In this document: positions 20,221 through 27,376 of the stretch, piece after piece
How positions within the stretch are numbered: position 1 is the stretch's first letter
Layout of the letters: every line of letters begins with the position of its first letter
Assembly: GCA_005788145.1 (NCBI GenBank)
Contig: SXYY01000121.1
Span: 1-52,073, forward strand
Origin: Bacteroidota bacterium
GTDB lineage: Bacteria > Bacteroidota > Bacteroidia > NS11-12g > UBA955
DNA: 52,073 nucleotides
Direction of reading: 5' to 3'
Notes under the pieces: generated by a model
What the model was told of the DNA's origin: nothing
Seen by the model: only the letters and a program-made list of their open reading frames with translations
The model's database searches: none
Translations under genes and position numbers: made by a program

Positions 20221-20228
20221 TTTCTATT

Positions 20229-20234
20229 CTCCTT
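20229..20234 (-). promoter_or_regulatory. Shine-Dalgarno-like AAGGAG, 8 nt upstream of the gldM ATG
   Basis: The minus strand reads aaAAGGAGaatagaaaATG. It is the only canonical AGGAG at SD spacing I noticed upstream of any start codon in this window. Confidence 0.4.
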
Positions 20235-20260
20235 TTTAGTTTAGTGGGAATAAATAAAGG

Positions 20261-20914
20261 TTAGGCTTTGTTCGCACCCATGGCGCTCAACATGTTACCG
20301 TAAATTGAGTTCAAGTTGCTCAAGTTGCGGTTCAATTTGTTCAATTCACTTGAAAATTCTGCAGTTGCAGATTCTGTTGCGTTGATGTTGGTCAATGCAC
20401 CTTGCAGACCAGCAGAGAAATTACTCATTGAATCAGAAACCATGGCTGTACTGTCTGCAATAGACGACATATTTTTGGCTGCTTTTGATGTATTTTCTGC
20501 GTATTCGTTTGTTGCAACAGCGGCATTTGATAAGTTGGCCATTTCTTTCACATTGCTGCTCAAAGAAGTTAAGCCGGTACCCAAACTCTCAATCAATTCT
20601 GGACCAATTTTGGCTTGTGCCAACATGGAATCCAACTGCTGAGAAACGCTGCCAGTTTTCTTTTTATCAGTTGGATCGCCTCCTGCTAATTCAGGATAGA
20701 CTAAAGACCAATCTGGATCCATGTGCACTGGTTCAAAGGCCGAAATACAGAAAATACCTGCCTCAGTCAACAGACCTACTGACAACATGATGTCGGCACC
20801 TTTCAAGTGCAAGATTTTAAACAACGCTCCCACGATTACCACCGCAGCACCGATACCATAAACGAAGTTCATGGTCGTTTTAAACTTTTTTGATTCAAAG
20901 AAACTTTTGCTCAT
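20261..20914 (-). CDS. gldL: T9SS/gliding motility motor protein GldL (PorL)
   Basis: The N-terminal two-TM region is KKFKTTMNFVYGIGAAVVIVGALFKILHLKGADIMLSVGLLTEAGIFCISAFE, including the conserved membrane Glu. An Ala/Ser/Asn-rich cytoplasmic tail follows. Confidence 0.88.
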   Translation of the reverse strand: MSKSFFESKKFKTTMNFVYGIGAAVVIVGALFKILHLKGADIMLSVGLLTEAGIFCISAFEPVHMDPDWSLVYPELAGGDPTDKKKTGSVSQQLDSMLAQAKIGPELIESLGTGLTSLSSNVKEMANLSNAAVATNEYAENTSKAAKNMSSIADSTAMVSDSMSNFSAGLQGALTNINATESATAEFSSELNKLNRNLSNLNSIYGNMLSAMGANKA

Positions 20915-20990
20915 AATTTTTATTTGGTTATAGTTAGTTGAATAGTTAAACGAATTATCTCAAGGATTATTCTAAGCGTGAGAGTGAATG

Positions 20991-22361
20991 TTACTTTCTA
21001 TCGGTGTTTGAACGACCGATATAGGTTTGAACACAACGGAATCCTACATAAGATTTACTGGTATCTTGGTATTCGAAGGTTCTTGCACCATTTTCGATGA
21101 AGTATGCTACATCTTTCCAAGATCCACCGCGAATCACTTTGCGTTTTTCATTGATTGAAATATCTTTTACCTGACGCTTTCCCTCTTTGCCACGTTCTTT
21201 GATGAAGGTATGTGATTCACCATTCAAATCGTGAGCGAAAGCGTTATTGGCCTCATCCCAAGATGTCCGGGTCCACTCAGATACGTTACCGGCCATGTTG
21301 TACAGACCGAAATCGTTCGGGAAGTAACTGTCCACACGAACTGGATACACGCCACCGTCTATGCCGTAGTTACCACGCAAAGGTTTGAAGTTAGCCAACA
21401 TACAACCTTTGCTGTTGCGGGCGTAAGGCCCTCCCCATGGATATTTGTTTCCAATTCTACCACCGCGGGCAGCATATTCCCACTCATACTCGGTTGGCAA
21501 ACGGAAATCGTGGGTGTTCGGCAAATAGCCATTCATTTCCCAATAAGCAGTCTTGCGATCGGTTCTCCAACGGCAGAAAGCATACGCTTGATGCCACGAA
21601 ACCCCTACAACAGGATATTCGTCGTATTTGGGGTGGTGGAAATACACCTGAGCCATGGGCTCGTTGTAAGAGTAGGTGAAATCGCGAACCCAGCACAATG
21701 TATCTGGATATACCAAAACATCTTCTGTACGCATGAACTGAGCGCGATCCATTGGTGCGTATTTGTCGCGATCCAATTTTGCAGCTGCTTCGTAGTCCGT
21801 CCACATGAAATGGTAAATCAACTTGCGTGTATCAATCTGGTGCTTCCCTTGGAAACGCTCATCACCTTGGTACAACATATCGGCCAATTCCTCTTTGTGC
21901 TTCACCCAATCAACCATACGGTATGGATTAATCAAACGGTTACCCTCTTCGTCTTCTGGGAAGTAATACTCGTCGTCGTCACACATGATGCGCGCCAATG
22001 AATCTACTACGTAATTGACGAACTGTCGGTATTCATTATTGGTGATTTCCGTCTCATCCATCCAAAAAGCAGTAATTGTCATCTGCTTGTTGGGCTCTAG
22101 GTATGAGTTGAAAACATCCTGACCACCCTGGCCCGTGTGGAAGGTACCTGATTTAACATAAACCATGCCCGGAGGCTGTGGGTGAAACCATGGTCGTCTT
22201 CCCAACACACCGGTTAGGTCGCCTGTGTCGGCAGGTCCGCATGCATAGACCATTACAGAAGCCACTACCGCGGCCCTGCGAAGGGTTCGATTGCCCAAGA
22301 AATTCAAAGCTTTCTTAGCGAACTCGTTGTTTGTGAAGAAACTCATCACTGTATTTTTCAT
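20991..22361 (-). CDS. gldK: T9SS/gliding motility lipoprotein GldK (PorK), FGE-sulfatase (formylglycine-generating-enzyme-like) fold
   Basis: A lipobox is present (VMVYAC). It also has GMVYVKSGTFHTG, VSWHQAYAFCRW, RLPTEYEWEYAARGG, GNVSEW, RGGSW and GFRCV motifs. Confidence 0.9.
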   Translation of the reverse strand: MKNTVMSFFTNNEFAKKALNFLGNRTLRRAAVVASVMVYACGPADTGDLTGVLGRRPWFHPQPPGMVYVKSGTFHTGQGGQDVFNSYLEPNKQMTITAFWMDETEITNNEYRQFVNYVVDSLARIMCDDDEYYFPEDEEGNRLINPYRMVDWVKHKEELADMLYQGDERFQGKHQIDTRKLIYHFMWTDYEAAAKLDRDKYAPMDRAQFMRTEDVLVYPDTLCWVRDFTYSYNEPMAQVYFHHPKYDEYPVVGVSWHQAYAFCRWRTDRKTAYWEMNGYLPNTHDFRLPTEYEWEYAARGGRIGNKYPWGGPYARNSKGCMLANFKPLRGNYGIDGGVYPVRVDSYFPNDFGLYNMAGNVSEWTRTSWDEANNAFAHDLNGESHTFIKERGKEGKRQVKDISINEKRKVIRGGSWKDVAYFIENGARTFEYQDTSKSYVGFRCVQTYIGRSNTDRK

Positions 22362-22398
22362 TATGCAGTTTTGATATTGCGTTTTTGTTCTAAAGTTG

Positions 22399-22440
22399 CA
22401 AAAATAAAGTTTAGGTTGAATAAACCAACATAATTTTTAT
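22399..22440 (-). promoter_or_regulatory. candidate internal promoter upstream of gldK (tGTTGg-N19-TATTTTTG)
   Basis: On the minus strand, TATTTTTG is at 22399-22406, 37 nt upstream of the ATG at 22361. A -33-like TGTTGG is at 22435-22440 with a 19-nt spacer. The promoter lies in the 141-nt porP-gldK gap. Confidence 0.4.
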
Positions 22441-22502
22441 TTCGTGTAGGGTATAAACGCAATATTGGAATGTTTATTTTGTGTGGATAAATATTTTTTT
22501 CA

Positions 22503-23618
22503 TTAATCGAACTCAGGAGAACGCTCCATCCATCGTGGGTGACGATAAACTTTCACAGGACGCTCAGGCAAAGTAAATGTAAAACAATAGTTTACCTGAA
22601 TTTCGTGGGTTCCAGACTGACTTCTGATCAAATTGTTCATTGGGATATCATAAGAGTATCCTACGCGCAAGCGCTGCGTTGCACCGGCTGCATTTCCCAA
22701 CAAGGGAGGATAATATCCGAACATCAACGAAAATGATTCGACACCCGCACCATAAACGCGGAAGTTGGCACCACCTGCGAACAAATCGTTCCAAGTGACC
22801 ATACCTTGTAAATCCACCTGCGGTTTGATAAATCCTCCGTTCGCAGCTGTTTTAATCAACATGGCTGGTTCCAATACCAATGAAGGATTTCCCAAAAAGC
22901 TCTCTTGTTTGTAACCTGCTACCAAATAATAGTGTCTCTTCGACATCGCGGTAACGGAACCACTTACACCATAAACAAATGTCTGTGGCGTCATGTTCGT
23001 TGCTGAGAATCCAATGAATGCACCATCCATGATGTTGGGTGTGGTATAATAGGCGCCCAAACCCAGGGTCGTTCTCGAATCATTTACCTCTCCATTAGGT
23101 ATCATTGGATCATTTGGGTCGTGCGCACGCAATCCGGCACCATCCAAAGATTTTGTGAGATTGGCAAAATCCACACCCAAACGAATGTTGGAACCATCTA
23201 ACAACGGATAGGCCAAGGCCAATCCACCTTTCATATACAATGTACTCTCATAACCCACTTTGTCCGACACATAGGAAAATGAAGCCCCTCCGTAATTTTT
23301 GTCTTTGTACATCGCAGGTGCAGAAAATCCCAGTCCCATGGTCTGCGGTGCGATGTTGGTGCGCATCTTGTCCAAATCCATGTTGATGGGGTCTCCATTC
23401 TGCGTTCTCAAATAGGATGTTTGATCATCAAATCCCAACCACTGTTGGTGGGTAATGGCATTCAAACAATATTGTCCAGAAGCCCCTGCGTAAGCTGGGT
23501 TGTAGAACAATTTGTTGTACGTAAAATGCGTGAACATCGGATCTTGTTGCGCTTGTACCATCCAAGGGGCCAACAGCCCCGCAAAGGCCAATATTCTTCC
23601 CAGTATTTGTTTGTTCAT
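22503..23618 (-). CDS. porP: T9SS outer-membrane beta-barrel protein PorP/SprF family
   Basis: A signal peptide ending VQAQQ is followed by DPMFTHFTYNKLFYNPAYAG, the PorP/SprF N-terminal signature. The rest is beta-barrel-like with alternating hydrophobics and a C-terminal aromatic pattern. It sits directly upstream of gldKLMN. Confidence 0.85.
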   Translation of the reverse strand: MNKQILGRILAFAGLLAPWMVQAQQDPMFTHFTYNKLFYNPAYAGASGQYCLNAITHQQWLGFDDQTSYLRTQNGDPINMDLDKMRTNIAPQTMGLGFSAPAMYKDKNYGGASFSYVSDKVGYESTLYMKGGLALAYPLLDGSNIRLGVDFANLTKSLDGAGLRAHDPNDPMIPNGEVNDSRTTLGLGAYYTTPNIMDGAFIGFSATNMTPQTFVYGVSGSVTAMSKRHYYLVAGYKQESFLGNPSLVLEPAMLIKTAANGGFIKPQVDLQGMVTWNDLFAGGANFRVYGAGVESFSLMFGYYPPLLGNAAGATQRLRVGYSYDIPMNNLIRSQSGTHEIQVNYCFTFTLPERPVKVYRHPRWMERSPEFD

Positions 23619-23644
23619 GCTTTGGTTGGAGTATCTCTTAAAAA

Positions 23645-23676
23645 CAAAAATGAGTCAAAATCGCCACATTCCCAAA
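23645..23676 (-). promoter_or_regulatory. candidate porP promoter (TTTG-N20-CATTTTTG)
   Basis: On the minus strand, TTTG is at 23673-23676, followed by a 20-nt spacer and CATTTTTG at 23645-23652 (one mismatch). The box is 26 nt upstream of the ATG at 23618. Confidence 0.35.
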
Positions 23677-23920
23677 CATTTTTACAAAAGGTGATGCACA
23701 TCAAACAACCACAGACCAGAGTTTATCGTCGCAGCACACCCACTCCACCCACCAAATGGCTTGAATACACCCCACCCATTTTTACGCATGATTCAAACAA
23801 ATTTATATTTTCAAACCATTCAATATCAAATACTTGACTGAATGTTTTTTCCAAACCAACCCATCCCCCCTGACAGCACTGCTTTGCCCAACTGACCAAT
23901 AAATAACGCACCCAAAATCA

Positions 23921-23970
23921 CTCATCGAAAAGTTCAAAAAAAATCGGGAATAACTCGTGGAAAAGTTCAA
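23921..23970 (+). repeat. 17-nt imperfect direct repeat (15/17 identical) with a 33-nt period
   Basis: CTCATCGAAAAGTTCAA is at 23921-23937 and CTCGTGGAAAAGTTCAA is at 23954-23970. The second copy abuts a weak promoter-like TGTTG-N18-TATCATTG upstream of the response-regulator ATG at 24024. Confidence 0.8.
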
Positions 23971-24023
23971 TGTTGAGTGTCCTACCGTGGCCGTATCATT
24001 GTATCCTAATATATACACAAAAC

Positions 24024-25379
24024 ATGGCTGAAATATTGGTCATCGACGATGAAGCGCCGATCCGCGAAACCCTTAAGGAAATCCTTGAATACGAAAATTA
24101 CACCGTAACTACGGCTGATGACGGAAACAAAGGATTACAACTGATTCAGAAGAATGAGTATGATGTCATTCTCTGCGATGTCAAAATGCCCGGAATTGAT
24201 GGCATGGAACTATTAGACCGCGCTCAAGCATTGCGGCCCGATCTTCCCTTCATCATGATATCCGGCCACGGCAATGTGGAAATGGCCATCGATGCGACAA
24301 AAAAAGGGGCCTATGATTTCATCACCAAGCCACCTGATTTGAACCGATTGCTCATTGCCATTCGCAATGCCATCGACCGGAACAACTTGGTCAGCGAAAC
24401 CAAAATCCTTAAGCGCAAAGTAGCGAAGACGTTCGACATCATCGGCGAAACCCCTGCCATAGGCAAAATCAAGGAAACCATTGAAAAGGTAGCTCCCACA
24501 GAAGCGCGCGTATTGATTACGGGAGAAAACGGAACGGGAAAAGAACTGGTTGCACGCTGGTTGCACGAAAAGAGCAACCGCGCCTCTTACCCATTGGTGG
24601 AAGTTAACTGCGCCTCAATTCCAACAGAACTAATTGAAAGTGAATTGTTTGGGCACGAAAAAGGCAGCTTTACATCAGCCATCAAACAGCGCATCGGAAA
24701 ATTTGAGCAAGCCCATGGTGGCACGCTTTTCCTTGATGAAATCGGCGACATGAGTATGGCAGCACAAGCGAAAGTGCTTCGCGCTATTCAAGAGGGTAAA
24801 ATCACCCGCGTGGGTGGCGATAAAGAAATCAAGGTGGATGTGCGCATCGTGGCGGCCACCAACAAAAACCTTCTTGAAGAAATTGAAAAGGGCAACTTCC
24901 GAATGGACTTGTACCACCGTTTGAGTGTGATTTTGATACACGTCCCTACCCTCAACGAGCGCACCGAGGACATTCCATTGATTGCGAACAATTTCTTGGT
25001 GGACATCTGCAACGACAACAGCATCCCTGTGAAATCATTCACCCCAGATGGTTATCAGGCCTTGCAAGACGTAAACTGGACAGGAAACATTCGTGAATTG
25101 CGCAACGTGGTAGAGCGTTTGGTGATACTTTGCGGCGATAAAATCACCGGTGAAGACGTTTACATGTTCTCAAATCCTGCACAAAGGGGCGCGGATCCAT
25201 TCGGTGTGGTGGATGATTACAAAACCCTCCAAGACTTCCGAGATTGGGCTGAAAAAGTATTCATTGAACGCAAATTGGTGCAAAATGGATGGAATGTGGC
25301 CAAAACAGCACAAGAGATCGACATCCAACGGAGTCATTTGTACAACAAAATTGAAAAGTACAGTCTAAAACGCCGCTAA
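24024..25379 (+). CDS. sigma-54-dependent response regulator (receiver + AAA+ enhancer-binding domain + Fis-type HTH), NtrC family
   Basis: I trimmed to the ATG at 24024 (MAEILVIDDEAPIR). The receiver Asp is in DVILCDVKMPGIDG. Walker A is GENGTGKE and Walker B is LFLDEIGD. The sigma-54 contact loop reads GSFTSA instead of GAFTGA. The C-terminal HTH is NVAKTAQEIDIQRSHLYNKI. Confidence 0.92.
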   Translation: MAEILVIDDEAPIRETLKEILEYENYTVTTADDGNKGLQLIQKNEYDVILCDVKMPGIDGMELLDRAQALRPDLPFIMISGHGNVEMAIDATKKGAYDFITKPPDLNRLLIAIRNAIDRNNLVSETKILKRKVAKTFDIIGETPAIGKIKETIEKVAPTEARVLITGENGTGKELVARWLHEKSNRASYPLVEVNCASIPTELIESELFGHEKGSFTSAIKQRIGKFEQAHGGTLFLDEIGDMSMAAQAKVLRAIQEGKITRVGGDKEIKVDVRIVAATNKNLLEEIEKGNFRMDLYHRLSVILIHVPTLNERTEDIPLIANNFLVDICNDNSIPVKSFTPDGYQALQDVNWTGNIRELRNVVERLVILCGDKITGEDVYMFSNPAQRGADPFGVVDDYKTLQDFRDWAEKVFIERKLVQNGWNVAKTAQEIDIQRSHLYNKIEKYSLKRR

Positions 25380-25382
25380 TTC

Positions 25383-26387
25383 ATGGGCGCGTTGATTGGC
25401 ATCGATTTGGACTACGCAGCGAATTTGCTTGAACAGGGCAAACTCGTTGCAATTCCTACGGAAACGGTTTATGGTTTGGCCGCCAACGGACTAAATACGG
25501 AAGCGGTTTCTGGTATTTTTGCCGCCAAAAACCGTCCCACCTTTGATCCTCTCATATTGCATGTGGGTAGTGTGGCACAAGCAAAATCGCTTTGCATCGA
25601 ATGGCCTGAGGCAGCGGAAAAATTGGCAACTGCGTTTTGGCCGGGGCCATTGACTTTGGTTTTACCCAAGGCAAATCACATCCCCGATTTGGTTACGGCT
25701 GACCATCCAACGGTGGCAGTGCGCATGCCCAACAACGCCATGTCCTTGGCCTTGTTACAACGGCTATCTTTTCCGCTGGCTGCACCGAGTGCCAACCCCT
25801 TTGGATATGTAAGCCCCACCAACGCACAACATGTATTTGATCAATTGGGCGAACGCATCGATTACATTCTAGACGGCGGTCCCTGCGCCATTGGCATTGA
25901 AAGTACCATCGTTTCTGTAGATACCCACAATCGCGTTACCTTACTACGGCTTGGAGGTCTGGACTTGGAAGCCCTCTCAGAAACAATTGGACATCCGCTG
26001 GAAGAATCGCTCAGTATGCATAGTAACCCGCAAGCTCCCGGACAGCTCGACCAGCACTATTCACCGGGCTGTGCGATGATTCCCTTCACCAATTTTCCAT
26101 CTAATGCGACGCACAAGGAGAAAAACCTTGCTATCGGATTTTTGTGGTTTTCTGAGAATGACAGGAAGCAACATGCAGGACCAACAATACCCATTGGGGC
26201 GAAAAATTATGTCCTGTCCGCCTCAGGCGATGACCGTGAAGCGGCGATGAACTTGTTTGGTACTTTGCGACAGTTTGACAAGGATGGTTGCACCCAGGTG
26301 TATTTTACTTGGGCACCAGAAATGGGACTCGGCCGTGCTATCAATGACAGATTGAAGCGGGCGTCCGCAAACTCAACCCCTCATTGA
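25383..26387 (+). CDS. tsaC: L-threonylcarbamoyladenylate synthase (long Sua5/YwlC-type TsaC)
   Basis: It has AIPTETVYGLAAN, NRPTFDPLILHV, WPGPLTLVL, the SANPFG-like SANPFGYVS, and a C-terminal Sua5 domain. It starts 3 nt after the regulator stop. Confidence 0.9.
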   Translation: MGALIGIDLDYAANLLEQGKLVAIPTETVYGLAANGLNTEAVSGIFAAKNRPTFDPLILHVGSVAQAKSLCIEWPEAAEKLATAFWPGPLTLVLPKANHIPDLVTADHPTVAVRMPNNAMSLALLQRLSFPLAAPSANPFGYVSPTNAQHVFDQLGERIDYILDGGPCAIGIESTIVSVDTHNRVTLLRLGGLDLEALSETIGHPLEESLSMHSNPQAPGQLDQHYSPGCAMIPFTNFPSNATHKEKNLAIGFLWFSENDRKQHAGPTIPIGAKNYVLSASGDDREAAMNLFGTLRQFDKDGCTQVYFTWAPEMGLGRAINDRLKRASANSTPH

Positions 26388-26390
26388 TAG

Positions 26391-27230
26391 TTAGATTTCT
26401 TCCAAGAACGACAGCGTATTGTCGAGTGCTACCCACAATTCCTGAGAAAATTCTTCCATGCCCTGACAAGGATGTTTCATGCCAAAAGTGTGATCGCCTT
26501 TGGGAACAGTCATCCTCAGGCTGTGCAAACAAGCATCGTAAAGAGGCTCTGACAGCGCTGGGGGCACTACTGTGTCGGCTTCCCCATGAACGATAAGAAG
26601 CGGTCGACCAAGGCTTCGAGCGGCTTCGAGAACATCAAATTCCTCCTCATGGGCGAGCAAATTTTCCCAAATGCTGTAATCCATGGGCATTTGCTGCTGG
26701 GTACGCGCATTTTCAGTGTATACTCTGCGTTTTTCCTTCCATACGATTTTGTTGTAGGATGCAAATAGATACTGATACGAAGGAATGGGATTCCAAGCGA
26801 TGACTTTTTCTACGTAATCTTGGCAGCGGGACGCAAATACGATGACGTTGGCACCGCCGCGGGAATGTCCTAGCCACGACACGCGTTCAACATTTAAGTT
26901 TAGGTCTTTGCCATTTTCTCTGATCCATTTGGCGAGCGATTCAAGATCATTTTGCTCTTTGCTCACAGTATTTACGGCAAACAATTCGAGGGCTTGAAAA
27001 TCATGCGCATCACCCATTACGCCATTGTGGGAGTGATTAAAGGTGATCACTGCATATTCACCCGTGGCGAAATACTCATGAATAAAAGGGACATGTCCCC
27101 ACTGCTTAAATCCTTTAAAGCCGTGGCAGTACACCAACACAGGATGCGGTCCTTCGGTTGGGGGCAAAAACAAATCGACGGCCATTTGGCCGTCGATTGT
27201 TTTGATCTGAAAATGTTTATTGTCTTTCAC
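26391..27230 (-). CDS. alpha/beta-fold hydrolase (esterase/dienelactone-hydrolase-like)
   Basis: HGFKGF forms the oxyanion region, GHSRGG the nucleophile elbow, and a late GEADTVV...H supplies the acid/His. The first 16 codons of the ORF-track entry (to 27278) are the tRNA-Leu gene read as protein. I place the start at the GTG at 27230 (VKDNKHFQIKT). An alternative ATG is at 27185. Confidence 0.75.
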   Translation of the reverse strand: MKDNKHFQIKTIDGQMAVDLFLPPTEGPHPVLVYCHGFKGFKQWGHVPFIHEYFATGEYAVITFNHSHNGVMGDAHDFQALELFAVNTVSKEQNDLESLAKWIRENGKDLNLNVERVSWLGHSRGGANVIVFASRCQDYVEKVIAWNPIPSYQYLFASYNKIVWKEKRRVYTENARTQQQMPMDYSIWENLLAHEEEFDVLEAARSLGRPLLIVHGEADTVVPPALSEPLYDACLHSLRMTVPKGDHTFGMKHPCQGMEEFSQELWVALDNTLSFLEEI

Positions 27231-27234
27231 AATT

Positions 27235-27321
27235 TGGTGCCCAGGACCGGAGTCGAACCGGTACGGGGGTGAACCCACAGGTGTTTGAGACCAGCGCGTC
27301 TACCAATTCCGCCACCTGGGC
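27235..27321 (-). tRNA. tRNA-Leu (anticodon CAA), class II, CCA encoded
   Basis: I folded the cloverleaf by hand on the minus strand. The acceptor pairs GCCCAGG with CCTGGGC. The D-loop is GAATTGGTAGA and the anticodon loop is CT-CAA-AC. There is a long variable arm, a T-arm ACCGG-TTCGACT-CCGGT, discriminator A and a terminal CCA. The anticodon stem has one U-U mismatch. Confidence 0.9.
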
Positions 27322-27345
27322 ATGTATTCTTTTCAGAACGGGATG

Positions 27346-27376
27346 CAAAATTACCATTTTTTCGCACAATTTCAAA
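27346..27376 (-). promoter_or_regulatory. candidate tRNA-Leu promoter (TTTG-N19-TAATTTTG)
   Basis: On the minus strand, TTTG is at 27373-27376 and overlaps the stop codon of the upstream phosphoesterase gene. A 19-nt spacer follows, then TAATTTTG at 27346-27353. The box is 24 nt upstream of the mature tRNA 5' end. Both elements match the consensus exactly. Confidence 0.55.

Noticed and set aside
21231-22001. A 256-aa ORF lies antisense to gldK. Similar long antisense ORFs occur at 39203..39946 (in uvrA), 32407..33003 (in topA), 17847..18416 (in gldN), 4550..5083 (in lon), and 49300..49938 and 49991..50521 (in infC/thrS).
   Set aside because: Each lies fully within a confidently identified gene on the other strand. 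The translations are low-complexity (Cys/Ser/His/Val-rich) and non-protein-like. These are typical shadow ORFs.
23421-24018. Four ORF-track entries (23421..23837, 23512..23694, 23723..23911, 23803..24018) lie in the porP/regulator intergenic region.
   Set aside because: They have no start-site signals and a composition driven by the C/G skew (Pro/Thr/His or Gly/Trp-rich). They overlap one another and the porP 5' end, so I treat the region as non-coding.
23970-24023. The ORF track gives N-terminal extensions at non-ATG starts for several genes. These include 23970, 38243, 41158, 9486, 35156, 47440, 51661 and others.
   Set aside because: The extensions are not family-like. They often contain the gene's own promoter box or run into the upstream gene. 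Internal ATGs give canonical N-termini, so I trimmed the starts.
27235-27321. The tRNA-Leu and tRNA-Ser (51775..51861) loci could be integration sites for mobile elements.
   Set aside because: There is no integrase or recombinase, no duplicated tRNA 3' end or att-like direct repeat, and no compositional break on either side within the window.
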